A stretch of DNA of 64,000 bases from positions 4,187,777 to 4,251,776 of the forward strand of contig BDGG01000004.1 of NCBI GenBank assembly GCA_001949185.1, read 5' to 3'. The stretch comes from Ramazzottius varieornatus (Eukaryota > Animalia > Tardigrada). The translations under genes were made by a program, and so were the position numbers. The notes beneath the pieces are model-generated. The model worked only from the letters and a program-made list of their open reading frames with translations, was not told where the DNA came from and did not search any database. Of this stretch, positions 12,101 to 25,000 are shown piece by piece. The number at the start of each line of letters is the position of its first letter. Positions within the stretch are counted from its first letter, which is position 1.

Positions 12101-15100
12101 GTGGAATTTGGGCCGATGCTCGTTAACGTCCGAAACGTGGATGCGCACAATCGTCTTGACCATGTGGACACCATCGGTGACGTTGATGGTTAGGGTGTAG
12201 TTTTGGCGAGTCTCCCAGTCCAGAGGACGTGCGACGATAAGACTGCCGCTGTTTGGTCCAATGTGGAAATGCTTCTCTGGATCGCCATCTGTTTGAATCC
12301 AGGCCACGGTTAGATAGATTGCATAAAAAATGCGTCGGAGAAGTATGTACTTACCGACGATGTAGTACCACAGGTAATCTCCATCCGGGTCTTCCGCTTC
12401 GAGGAGCAAAACCATGTGACCGACTGCTTCGTTCTCGAGAACTTGCGCATCGTACAACGGCAGGATGGTTGGCGGTCGCGTTGACGGAAGAGGAATAGGG
12501 GAAGGTTCGAGGACGATCCGGAGCGTCTTCTTGAGCGTAGTGTCTTCTGGGTCTGACGCCTTTACCTGTAGCACGCATCGTTGTGTGACCATAGTACTCG
12601 ACATCGAAGTGACAATCAGATTTTTGTTGTGGAACTTCGTAGAGCTTAGACCGGAGCCACTTACCACGACATTGTAGTCATCGCCGACATTCAAGGCCTG
12701 GACAGCAAAGACCTCGCCAGTCTTTGCATCAATGCGGTACCGTTCGTTTTCGGTCTTCTTCCCCACCAGAGAGAACTGAATGGCGGCATTCGTTCCGACA
12801 TCAGTATCAAACGCGATGATACGGAACAGCGGTAAGGCTTTCGGAGGTTTCCAAGAGGGTACCACATAGCGCTGAAGATGTTCCTTCAGGAAAGCCACGG
12901 CGGAATCTTGGACGTCTTGTACGGCCACAACGATTAGCGTGACGGAAGTGAGGGGCGTTGGCTCTCCATTGTCACTGATCGTCACCTGCAGATAAAGATA
13001 CAGAATTATGCAGAACTTCCAAATAACTCTAGGTTGATTGTTAGACAAAAATCAGTGTGCTGAAATGAAGTTTCACGTACCTCTAACGTGTGTTCCGTTT
13101 GGGTTTCCCGATCAAATTTCCGACTGGTGGTCCGTATCACGCCGGTCTTCTCTTGGATCGTAAAGAAACCTTGTGGGTTTCCGGCCGTAATCTTGAATGT
13201 AGGCTGCGAGTTGCTCGATGAATCCGGATCAAAAGCTTCCAGCCTCGCCACAATGGTGTCAGCGGGACTGTTTTCCGGGACGCTCGTATAGTAAATTGGT
13301 TCTGCCGTCAGGGCTCGGTTATCGTTCACATCGCCGATATTGACGTAGACAAACAGGACAGATGATTTGGGAATGACAGCGGTATCTCGAGCAACGATCT
13401 TTAGCCAGTAATGCTCCTGGGTTTCCCGGTCAAACACTGATGCTGTCCGAATGGTTCCTGGAACAAAAGAGAGTCCAAAATTGAAATTTTTCGATGTATG
13501 GTTGATGATGATCGTCCGAACAGGCGTTGTCTATGTTTTGCCGATAAGCTTTTCTTCATGTTTGAGTTCAAAGCCAAGACTATGGACAAACACAACCATC
13601 TGGCGCAATCATGATCCGATATAATAAATTCATAATACAAATCGAGAAAGCTTTCAACGTATGCAAATGCGAGCAGATTTCAGGTTTGACATGACAGATC
13701 AGCAAGATGCTTATCAATCCTTGACCATTTTGCTTGAACTTTGCTGACTGCCTATGTTTGTGGCGACGCTGCAAAACTATTCAGTCAAGTCCAGTATGTA
13801 CCTTCGTTGTCCATTCGGAAGAGATGCAGTCCCGAACCGCCGACCAGAGTGTACACAATCCCGTCCCCATCCTCGTCGACAGCTTTGACCTGAGTCACAA
13901 AGGTGTCTGCCGGCTGGTTCTCAAGCACGCTAGCCGAGGTCACGAAATCTTTGAACTTTGGCGCATGCAGGTTCTCATCGACGTCTTCCACACGGACTTC
14001 AACTACACGGAAAAACAAACAATTATAAACAAACAGCACCCATAGGATTATTACTTTGCGATAATTTATTTGAGCCGTAATGTCCCGTTAATGTGTACGA
14101 CCTTGCTTAATGCTCTATTTAGTTATCGCAGTAATTCATTTGGTGAAAAGTTGTGACTAACCCCACAAAGTTGCCGAAAGCGACGGTTGTCCTTTATCCG
14201 TGGCGATAATGGAGAAGTTGTAAAGGGATACGCTTTCGAAGTCGAGCGGCGCTATGACGGACAATGCCCCAGTCGTCGCTTCCACGGCGAAAGGCAGCGC
14301 AGCGTGGTGGTCAGCCTTGTTATCATTTTTCCGGTTGAACGCTGCTGATCTATGGACCGGAATATCATTTTCGACACCCAGAGAGTACACTGGGCTTCCG
14401 TCGACGGTCTGCACGAATGCAAAGACCGCACCCTGGACAATGTCCTCTGGGAGCGCAAATTTCATCAACTGGACGGGAAATTGGGGAGCATCATTTGTAT
14501 CGTTCACAACAATTACACATTCGGTCGTCAATGTCCGTGGATAGTCAACCGCGCCGTCGGAGGCGGCTACACTGAATTTGTGTGTTTTGACCAACTCGTA
14601 ATCAAGCGGCGCAGCCACTGTGATTAATCCCGTGTCAGCATGGATGGCAAAGGCAGAGCTCCTATTTGGTATTCCATATGACACTTTCCCATTACGGCCT
14701 TCATCGGGATCAGTGGCATGGACGCTGCCCACCGCTTGACCGATCGAAGCGTCCTCTGGCACGGTGAAAAAGCAACCTCTGCCATCGAAGACCGGCTCTG
14801 CAAATGAAAGAGTCAACGTTAGTGCCGCTCTTACCAAAATGGAAGCGGGGCGAACAATTTCAACCAGATTGTTTCTGAAGTGGCGCACGTTGTTAGTGGT
14901 ATTGGCCGGAAGTGCGCGCCGCTCGGAAAACGATCTGGTTGAGTTTGCCGAACTCTCCTATTTCTACATTCAATAGATTTTGCCATGATAAGGAAGTGTT
15001 TATGATACCGAATTTCAAATTAGATTGTATAATAATATAGTACAGTTCGGAAAAATTTTACCGTTGTCATTTTTGTCGAGAATTTTAACGGTAACGATTT

Positions 15101-18100
15101 TCGAGATGCTTTTGACTGGGTCGCCGCTGTCCGAGACGGTGATGTTCAAGATATGGACAGCTATCCTTTCCCGGTCGAGTTGTCTTGCCACACCAAGTTG
15201 ACCCTCGGGAGTAACTCGAAAATAATCACCCTCCGTGGAGACGGTATATCGCAGCAGGGCAGAGTACCCGTAATCTTCGTCGAGTGCTTTCAGCTGTAAC
15301 ACTTCACGTCCAATCTGCGTATCTTCGTCCAGATGAAGGATGGCCGGCAGTTCCGGGCTGAACTTTGGCGTCCTTCGATTACCCAGCGCCGCCTCGGGTG
15401 TGTGAGGAAACGTGTCGATGCGGGCATTATTATCCCTCGATTTCTGGATTTGCGCCGCATGAAGGCTCGCCTGCGGATTGTTCTGACATTCGATCCGGCT
15501 TGGAGCATCGTCCATGAAATGCAGCATCGCTCCCACGTCGTCTTCCTTTTCATCCTGAAGTGTAATGTTAATCCACATCGGCTCCGAGTCGAGCAATCCG
15601 TCAGAGGACGACACTTGCAGATTAATCACGCGATTAGCGTCAGAGCTGCTGCTGTTGAACGCGGCCAAGTCCTTCGTCGACCCACATAGCAGCCTAACTT
15701 CTCCGCTCGTTACGTTCACTTCGAAGCATTTGCCAATGTGGTCCTCGTCATATAGCAGTTTGTACGTGATTTTTTCAGCGTCGTCCTCATCGGGATCAAT
15801 GGCTGATAGGGTCATTAGCTGCGTATTAGGCCGCATCACCGCGCTTCCCTGACAATCCCATTTGCGGAAAAAGGGTGCATTGTCATTTTTGGGCTGGAGC
15901 TTGACGATCAGCGAAGTCTCGCTTTCACGATGAAAAGGCCGGCCCGCATCTGCCGCGCGGATGCGGAGATGATACTCGCGTCGGTCCAGCTCATAGTCCA
16001 AAGGCCGGCTTAGGATAATCTTGCCCGTATGAGCCTCCACTTTAAAGGGTACTTCATTCAAATTAGCCAGACTGTAACTGATTACGGCGTTATCTCCTTC
16101 GTCGCCATCTCGCGCTGATGCAATGTGGACGACATGTCCAGCTGGGTCATTCTCGGCGAGGAACGCAACAGCGTCCGATTGATCAAATACAGGATCTGCA
16201 AATACAACAAAATCGATAGATAGATTTTGATCAGACTCCCTAATGAATGACTCGATTATCCAACGAGGAAGCCAAGGGAATAGCGGCTATTTTTCCGAAA
16301 CATAAAGTAAACTTATTTTGAAATGTTGGCAACACCCAGCTAATTAGGAATGGCAACAGAAAAATGAAAAATTCATCATATAATATTCGGCCAAAATTCA
16401 AAGATATTTTTTTTACTTGGTTTTATTACTGTGCTATAAAAATTAGCTACTAAATTCAATTTTTAGGAAATTCACCATTGGCCTTTTTCTCAGCAGTGTA
16501 TTCACCATTCAAACAATAGCTACAATCTAACGCTCCTATAATTCTTTCAAATTTGCATTTTATTAGCGGGAGTCAATTGTTAAACGAAGAGCGTATCGAG
16601 TTGGAACACTCGAACTGACAGCTGGCCAGCCGGAGTTGATCACCCAGCGAAAGTCAAGGCCAGCCGGCACTTTTATATTACACAGGCACAGCACGGTCAC
16701 TTACCACTGTCATTTTCATCAGTAATGCGACATGTGATTTTCGTTGTTGCTGATTTCCGCTGTCCCATGGGAGCGCCATCAGTGGCCGTAATATCTAGCT
16801 CATAAATGTTCCGTATTTCTCGGTCCAGAGCCTTTGCCAATATTATCCAGCCTGTCTCATTATTGATCCGAAAAGTGTCCGTCTTGGTGGAAATATCGTA
16901 TGTAATCCGCCCATTCCGTCCAGAGTCACCATCGACCGCCTGCGGCACTTGAGCCACGAAAGAACCCACTGGAAGACCTTCGGACGCTTCAAATACAGTG
17001 TGGTCTGTGGAGAACTTCGGACCGTACTCGTTAGCCAAAGCCAGCGACACGTTCACAACCCTCGAGCTCGATTTCGGTGGTATTCCTTTGTCTGTCGCAG
17101 TTAGGCGAAGTCGAACGGTATCAAGTTCGCCGACGAGGCCTCTGCGAGGCGTCCGGATGTAGTACTGACCGGGAGTCCCCGCACCACTGACGTAGAAGTA
17201 CAGACCTGAAACAAAATTACCACTCCCGTTAACCCTAATACAGTATTGCGAGTCAATGGTCGCTACATGGTAGTAGATCGGACGTGGGTGAATGATTTGA
17301 ACAGATCATTTCGCAAGTGGCGCACACTTTCGGTCAACAGCAATGGAAACGTGCGCCGCACCGCGATCGTATCATTTATTTCGTTACACTGCATTTGAAT
17401 TTTCGTCTGATGTTATTGTGGGAATTCAGATGTAAGTCATTGGTAAGGGCAAACAGGAACGCGTTAGATTTATGTCTAAGAATTTGTGATGTCAGGTGGA
17501 AGTTATTACCCGTCTTGGATTTGTTCAGGTTATGGCTTTCTTGGCTTTCCTCCACCACGGTTAAGTCAACATCGGTGGAGCAAGTCACCGATGCCAGAGT
17601 ATCCGGGTGAGACTCGGCAAACATGGACGGCAGGGTATGGACGGCGATGAAGGGCGCATTACGGTGAACGGGCCGAACTTGGATCAACACTTGAGCAGAA
17701 GAAGGCGTTTCGCCAAATTTTGATTTGGACTTCACAGCGCGATCACGAGCTATTACTGTCAAGACGTATTCTTTCTGCACGTCAACATCCGGTCGTTTTA
17801 TCGCAGAAATGACACCTGACAAAAAACACTTGTCGTAATGAGGGGTAATCATGGCGGACCACATTACACGTCCCTATCGGACAAGCAACACCTTCTCATA
17901 AAACAATCGACTCTAAAGTTAGGTGTCAAGATCAAACCACATCTCGAACGAGACTCTCTTTACTCACCTGTGCGTGAATGGATGGCAAACGTCGTTGAGG
18001 GCTCCGATAGCACGTAATAAATATCGCCTAGAGAACATCATCATAAGCCAAATCCATCCGAAGACTCTCAAAATGGTCGCGTACCGTTCAGTCCCACGTC

Positions 18101-18926
18101 GGCATCCGTTGCGGTCACCTGTATGACGGACTGGTGAAGAGGCTGGTCCTCGGAAATCTCCACACTATAACGTGTAGGATAGAACAGCGGACTCAAATCC
18201 TACAACAAAAGAGTAGTAAACCAGGGAACCGAAGGCAAAAAGTTAGTAGTCCGAACGACCGAAGGAAGCACATACATTTCGGTCCTCGACCTCGACGTTT
18301 ACGTTGGTCTGCGCCACAAGTTCCGAATGCCCCTTTACAGTAGCTTCTATCACGAGCTCATGTAATGGGTCGAGCTCTCGATTCAGCTTGTTATTTGCGT
18401 TGATTCGTGTCTTTAGAACGAGGAAGCAAAAATTTCCGATGTTCCTCGGGACAGGACGGAAGATCTTACGCTTATCACCGCTGATTATTCGATAGCGGAC
18501 TTCGAGACCTGGGTCCGTGATAAGTATTCCCATTCGGTCTGATGATATGCTGGGCGTCGTGTAAGCTTTTCCATCTGGACTTTCCGGAATGCTGACGTTA
18601 TATACAGGCTGAGTGAACTTGAAAGACAACGGGCTGATGGCATCGCAACCTGGAAAAAACAACAATTTAACAAAAATCATGAACGCTCTCTGGGACAAAG
18701 TGGACGAGTTGAACTTTTCGTTTCGTCCGTCCTCCATAAAGCGAAATTTATTGACTGAACTTTACATCCAAAATGTTTCCGTCAAATTAAATAATTGATT
18801 AAACTCATTTGAATCGTACGCGGAAGTTCTAGTATTACCAGACAAAAATGCCAGTAGTGCAGTTATCCAATATCCAAGATGGAAAACCTTCCAACGCCAC
18901 CTCCATTTTCTGAGGTGCAACATCAT
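108..18926 (-). CDS. FAT1: Fat-like giant cadherin (FAT1/2/3 / Drosophila kugelei-Fat2 subfamily), multi-exon
   Basis: First coding exon 18926-18839 ([29 protein letters not shown], signal-peptide-like) splices in phase to 18649 ([23 protein letters not shown]...RMGI...VRYRIISGD...GNFCFL...LNRE, typical of the FAT1/3 N-terminus). Many cadherin repeats (LDRE/LDYE, DxNDNxP) across about 18.6-4.1 kb, then EGF, one LamG (about 2600-3290), EGF repeats, a TM helix ([24 protein letters not shown]), and a tail with GYSWD ending QTQV*. Orthology is to the subfamily, not to one vertebrate paralog. Confidence 0.93.
1002..1028 (-). CDS. 27-nt phase-1/phase-1 microexon of the Fat-like cytoplasmic tail (VSEVLGLNK)
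   Basis: Minus strand: long pyrimidine tract ...ttcttctctctctttatgcag|TTTCTGAGGTGCTTGGACTGAATAAAG|gtatca. Lies between the exon ending SEHDDP (donor at 1120) and the exon starting GYSWD (886). Confidence 0.7.
4783..4803 (-). CDS. 21-nt phase-0 microexon within a C-terminal cadherin repeat (TNANSSH)
   Basis: Minus strand: branch-like ttctaac, about 35-nt pyrimidine tract with tgc, then cag|ACTAATGCCAATTCTTCTCAT|gtaagt, inside the phase-0 intron 4691-4932 (NYSLLLQ|EKRPSG). Confidence 0.72.
14855..14947. repeat. Intronic palindromic element (MITE-like), copy in Fat-like intron
   Basis: caaccagattgtttctgaagtggcgcac ... gcgcgccgctcggaaaacgatctggttg; imperfect inverted arms shared with other copies. 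Confidence 0.8.
17277..17372. repeat. Intronic palindromic element, extended-arm variant, right arm degenerate
   Basis: atcggacgtgggtgaatgatttgaacagatcatttcgcaagtggcgcac ... gtgcgccgc in Fat-like intron about 17206-17509. Confidence 0.7.
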
Positions 18927-19054
18927 GCGGAGTCAATCGCACTTCTGAAGAAATATCCCCGAAGGAGTCGTGGCATCACTTCCGGCGCGCCAATTCATCC
19001 ACTCCTCTCACGTACTCTTTGTAGCGAACGGAAGGAAGTCAACTTGTACAGCGT

Positions 19055-22000
19055 CTGCAAGATATAAGCAACAAAACAGAAATTACATCATGTGTGATAC
19101 AGCTGCCAGTCAAAAACGAAAACATACACGAATAAGATGAGCATGACGTCTGCCGCCGAGACAAAGACACAGCGGACAGAGACGAAAACAAACTGGCGGC
19201 GTTCGCGCGTGAGAGAACCAAAAGAAAATATACCAAACTACTCAAAAGTCACGCACAATTTTCTTCGACAGTTAACCCACTATATACAGCTAATCCAACA
19301 GTTGGTAATGTCAACACTTTGATACAATATCCTGAACAAAAAGAAAAGACATGTATAGCAGCGTGGAGCTCATTTGCCTTTCCGCATCGGTGCCAGACAA
19401 CAAATAGCCAAAATAAAGAACCCGCGACAGTTTGGTATCGAGATACGGATTCTCAGTTCAACAGCCGATTAGCTATCATGTCTATGCTATGATAACAGGT
19501 TGCACATGTCCCGCAAGAGAACAGCAACCCAAATATTACCCAATTATCCGTCAACAACTGCCGGCCAGGATGAGAATTGCACACTGCATTCCGCGCCGCT
19601 TTGTCATACCTTCAGCCAGATAAGGCGTCTCGAAACTTTCAACTTTGCTCCATATTCGACAACACAAAACAAGGCATAAATTCTGGCCCACAAATGGTCG
19701 CTTGTGATTTACAAGTAACAACCATAAAATGTCATAAAAGTGTCGGCGATAAGGTGGCCAATAATGCTGACCAGTTCCGGCTAGAGATACACCCGAATAT
19801 ATAATGCGCGCGGTCTAGAGTCCAAGAAAATCCCGTTGATCGCTCTCCAATATTGTTGAAGGTTATCGGAAATTCAGATGTGAAGTTAATCCCGGCACAC
19901 AAACTGTCGAAATGATTACAGTTGGGCAGCTAGCATAAATGCCTTGTGGTCTGTCAAGGCAAAGAGAAACTCACTCACTCTCACTCTTCTGGCGATAGTG
20001 ACCACTCGACCGCGTCCAGAGCCAGCAACAGCTCGCTCGATTGCTCGCTGCCTCTTTCCTCCTCCGACCAGCACAAAGCTTGCTCATCTCTCAAAGAGGA
20101 AAGCAACCTTCAAAGCATTCTCTCTGCTTTTCGACAGCAATTATAGTCTTTCAGGGCAGAACCAAAGGGGCAGTTGTACTAGCATTATCGTCGACGGATC
20201 AAACGAAAGCTCTGACCGATGGCTATGTATCGTTTGCACTTTCCACGGCTGTCCCGACACATTCATGTTCCAGCCACTAAAACAAAGACCTGCGTGATGC
20301 TACAGCAGAATTTCATTCACAAGAAAATATTCCGTTAATTTCACCTGCAGATATTGAGTCACGGTAGACGGAGTACCACGAACCGGAAGTCAACAAGACA
20401 ACGGGGGACCAAACGGAAAGGTGGAAGGCACTTAATTGGCCTTCTCGATTGATGTTGACCACGACAAATACGAGTCAAAAAGCCTCAAAGACGTCGGTCT
20501 TGTTATCGTAAGTAGCCGACTGAGACATAATGCGAAGCATACAGAGAAGTGGTCAAGCAGGAAACTTAAAAATTAGGCCAACGTCTTCCACTTACCCGTG
20601 TAAACCCGATATTCAGTCCGCTATATATTGCTCAAACACGCCCAGCACACACATGGAGATATTTTATTCATCTGCTTTGAAGATCAAAGCGTCGAAAGCC
20701 GATTCAAAATAATATACACCGGTCAAGATGCATCCGTGGATGTATCAAGCGGCAATTACGACGGAAAAAGAGTCTTGCTTTGCCGGGGAACTCAAGAACG
20801 TACATGCCACTCGCATTACCCAAACAAACAGCGCGAACTGATACCAGAGAAGTATTCTCACTCTTCATTCGTCTAGTCTATCAAGACATACCGTAGCAGT
20901 CATGTCAGAGACTTTCAGCATTATAATAAGCGACAGAAGTGGGGCGCGGGCTGTAGCTGATATAAAACATAATGTTATTTCAGCAAGCTTTTTGGATTCA
21001 TATTGCATGCAGACACGCATACAAACACAGCATGCAAGAACCATCACGATGGGCGTAGTCCTTCTTATCACGAGAGTATCCTGCCGTGGGTCTGCGCGGG
21101 TGTATAGGATCACATCACTTTATCAACACACCGGTGTATGTATCTGACAAGGTGTACTACACACGAAGAGAGCTAATGAAAAACATCAAGAAATGATCCG
21201 CAGAGTCAATCATTTTACTGTAATGTGAAACGTATTTTCTTTACGACTTTGTGACATGGTGGATACCGTAACAGGTAAGACCGGTTATGTTACAACGCTC
21301 CTCTTTCTCATACGAACGCTCCCAACCTATTCTCTATTGCGGTGAAAAGAGATATCAATGGATGGTTAATACAATATAGGCTCGTGATATTCGATACGCG
21401 ATCACTTCGCTCCATAACAAAACACCTTAACGAGCTGGCAAAGCTTTGACATGATAAAGCTATGATTACATTATGGCTTTTCCGGTCTGATACGTTTGTA
21501 AAATCAGGCGTTAAAATGAGTGCCACAAATCTTTCTTCTCAACACCAGGCATGAATCCGCATGATATAGGCGCGTGCTACCGAGCCACGTTTTTACAACA
21601 GGTGTATGAAAACGTCTAGTTTCTTTCGTTTTGCCATCAAGCCACTTTTCGCCTCGCAAAAAAAGAAGAAAAGTTTTACGATTATATGCTCAAGTTGGTC
21701 AGGCAGCAGGGTCGAACAAGGCCATATCTTTTTCGGCTACTTTCGCCTGAAATTTATGGCCCGTATCAGTTCATGCATGTATCATAATTGCGACCAAGAC
21801 GAGTATGGATGATCTGGGCGAGCTGCGACACGTCAAGATCTTAACTGCAGCCACTTTTTTCTCAAAGCAACGTGTCGTCTTTTAATGGTGGCACCGTGGT
21901 AAAAGACTATAGTAATAATAAATGGGTGTCCCGCGTCGTGATCTGATTTTCGTGCTGATCAGAAGTCACTGCTACTTAAAAACGCATTCCATCCTTCCGT

Positions 22001-25000
22001 GAGCCTACGATTTGATAGTCTCCCGGGTCCCGTGTAAATAATTAGCAGCGTCAACGCCATAGACTCGGAGACCCGCCTTCTGCTTTCCCGATAAAATTAG
22101 CCTATGGAATGCTGAACTCTTATCGAAAGTTCGAAAACGGTTCGCTTTCAAGTGCAGAGTAATTTACAGAATTTCTCCGCGAGGAATATATCGTCGACTC
22201 TAACTATTTCACCGGTCTCACCCGCAAAACTCAGATAAGTCGATGCATACTTCGGCGCAAAAAGGGCCGAGTAGTGCGATTTCTCATGCCAGGATACGCC
22301 CAGTTTAACACCCTCCAAGAATTTAGAATTCCATCAGCTCGCAGTATAATCCTGGTTAAGCTTTCGCAGATTTCAAAAAGTCAGTTATATCGATGAGAGG
22401 CGTTGTTGCAAGACGAAACCTCATCTCCTGTTTACAGTATCAAATTATTGTCGACCGAAGCAATTTCATTGTTGGCAGTTATGACTGCCACTTCCCATCA
22501 GGTCCGACTGGCTGCACTTTACACCTTCTCAGCCCAGCAGAACCAATCATTTTTAATGTCTTTTCTTAAAACTTCACAACACAAAAGGAGCATGGCCGCG
22601 GTGCGTAGTCGACGATAGGTCCGAAGAATGGGAAGTAACGGCGGTAATTTCCTGTCCGTACGTGGGGTTATTTTCAGCAATTTACAAGCACTCTCCCTGA
22701 TTTTCTTCTCCCACGCGTCTCACCAATATGTTCTGCTGACAATGCGGGTCAAACAGGGCAGGTCAAACAAAGAATGGAAGCAACCACATCGTGTTGTGCA
22801 CAAACCAAGACGGAAGACGGTCCGGAGACCAGCCCACCCTCGGGAAGGTCCTTTATTCGGGCCGGAAAATCAAAGGGATGAGAAAATGACAAGCCTACCT
22901 GTTCGGTGAGGTGTAAAGATTGCCCCAGTCCAGCGACGTTCAGCAGCCGACAGCTTTTCCACTCGAGGAGGTTTGTCGTCCCTCTCGCCAAATTAGATTT
23001 GAGGATGCCCCGTCGCGGTGATTTAGAATTCCATCAGTGTGCCTAATGCAAGGGAAAACGATGCGAGATGATGAGACTGGTAATCATCCGGCAAAAGGGA
23101 CATTGCATGGCCAGCAGCCAGTAAGTTAACAAGTTATAAAGCTGGGGTTATAATTTACAAGGACAGCAAACACGGAGAACCAAGCAGTCCATTTATTCCA
23201 GCGTGGACTACCCAACTGAGCCAGCGTGGGAACCAGAGAGCAACTAACGATAAGCTAGAGCACTCGTCGTCGATAACGTTGTGGAACGACTGGGGCTTGA
23301 CTCATCAGGCTGGCACACACCACAGTACAAGTACAAGCAACTTGACTTTTCTAAACTGATTAGCAAAACGGCGGCAACGTGTGATGGCGCACTCGCAGTG
23401 TCCGGCCAACATGCCACGCTGTGTTTTTTATGCAACATCAAACTAAGTGTTTGTGTCAATAATATTGATGGGCATGTGTCGCAGTTACTGGCCATTGCGG
23501 TCAGCCATGTTCGAGTAGCACAGTACGGTGCCGTCATGAAGACTGCTCACTAATCCATTTTTTTCGAGATTTCTCACTTGACCACAATCAAGCGAAACCG
23601 TTGCACAGACACGGAATACGATAAGACCTCCACTTAAACTATGCAAGAATTACATATCGCAACGTGTAATCGATATCGCACCCGCTGTTCCGCCCAGTAA
23701 AAACTACGCGAGGAAAAAATGCTGGCGCCGGTCAATTTCTACAAATAGTTCTCCGCAACGTAAAATTCCTCGATAAGGTTCATATGTTACACTAGTACCA
23801 AACTGCTATTACATACTGATCGATAAATTTTATACACGAAAATTTTGGTAGCTAACCCGAGACCTTCCAGGGAACATACTTGAACCTCAATGCTCCAACT
23901 ATATTATCGCGGTATACATCGTGCTTCAGACAGATTTAATTGGGTACTTCAACACTAGATCCGGTACCCACGAGTTTGAGGTCGGGGAACCCTGGAAGAT
24001 TACAAAGGGGATCTCAGTGGATCGTCATCATCGAGCTAAAAGCTGTTTTTATAAGCGATTGTGCGGAACGACCTTAAAGTCCTCAAGCTTACAAGCAGTA
24101 ATATCTTCCCGGCTAATTGGTTCTCCGACAAAGACCTCATGCGTCGTTCGGTTCGCGGCATCGAACTTCACTCATTCGTTTCCGCGGATCGTATGTCCGC
24201 ATTATTTCTACTGTGCAGGTGGGTAGCTGGCTGACATGAACATAATACTATATGTCATTAGTAAGAATAGCATGGGCTACTCTAACGTCTCCACTGGTCA
24301 ACGTCTTTACAAGGCCAAACTGGATCAACAGACCCACAAGTGCCGGCATATGTGAGATCAACCGAGCACCCGCTGTCAACTATGGTGACAAGCTGTGATG
24401 GCTTTGTGCTGTAATTAACTGCCTAATACAACCAAGAACTTTTGAAAGTCCGCCGGTTCTTGGCGCTTTTCAGCGTGAAATTGAATACCTCTTCGGCCAG
24501 ATCCTGTCAAATCTAATCCATCACAATCACTCGCAATAGCTAGATTACGATTAGCCTATCGTGCAAGGCGTGCATGGCTAGCGTTATATATGCGCCGATT
24601 CGGGCTCTTGTTAAACGCCACAGATTTTAGTATAATTTGCTTGGCATTATGATATCGATTAAGCTCTTTGGGCTCGACCCAAAACGCCGCACTTGAACTT
24701 ACCCGACGCATTAGCACACCTCGGAAAGCCATTATCTATACCCTTTAAAATCAGTCTATTTTCAACTGGACCAAAATCAAAATTCTGATGTGTGATGAAT
24801 AGAAATATTATTGACCTATGCATCGTAAAATACCCAATTAACGGGCACAACAGGCAGTCCAACTGGCACACGGTCCTTCTCGGAATATCCGATCCGCATC
24901 GCAGTCGCTCTCGTTACTTTTTGGTCGCTCATAATGATTGTGAATGACCACTCTGAGTCTCTTGTAAATGATTAACGATGGTCGTCGAAGCTGAGCTGCT

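Noticed and set aside
16585-16672. Short hairpin and repeated GGCCAGCCGG in a Fat-like intron as a structured ncRNA
   Set aside because: No tRNA, snRNA or snoRNA hallmarks that I can recognise; stems are too short.
19039-19245. Hydrophobic ORF as the Fat-like signal-peptide exon
   Set aside because: Non-ATG start, mostly upstream of the 19055 acceptor, and ends in a stop. Exon 18926-18839 gives an ATG, a signal-like peptide and a phase-matched splice.
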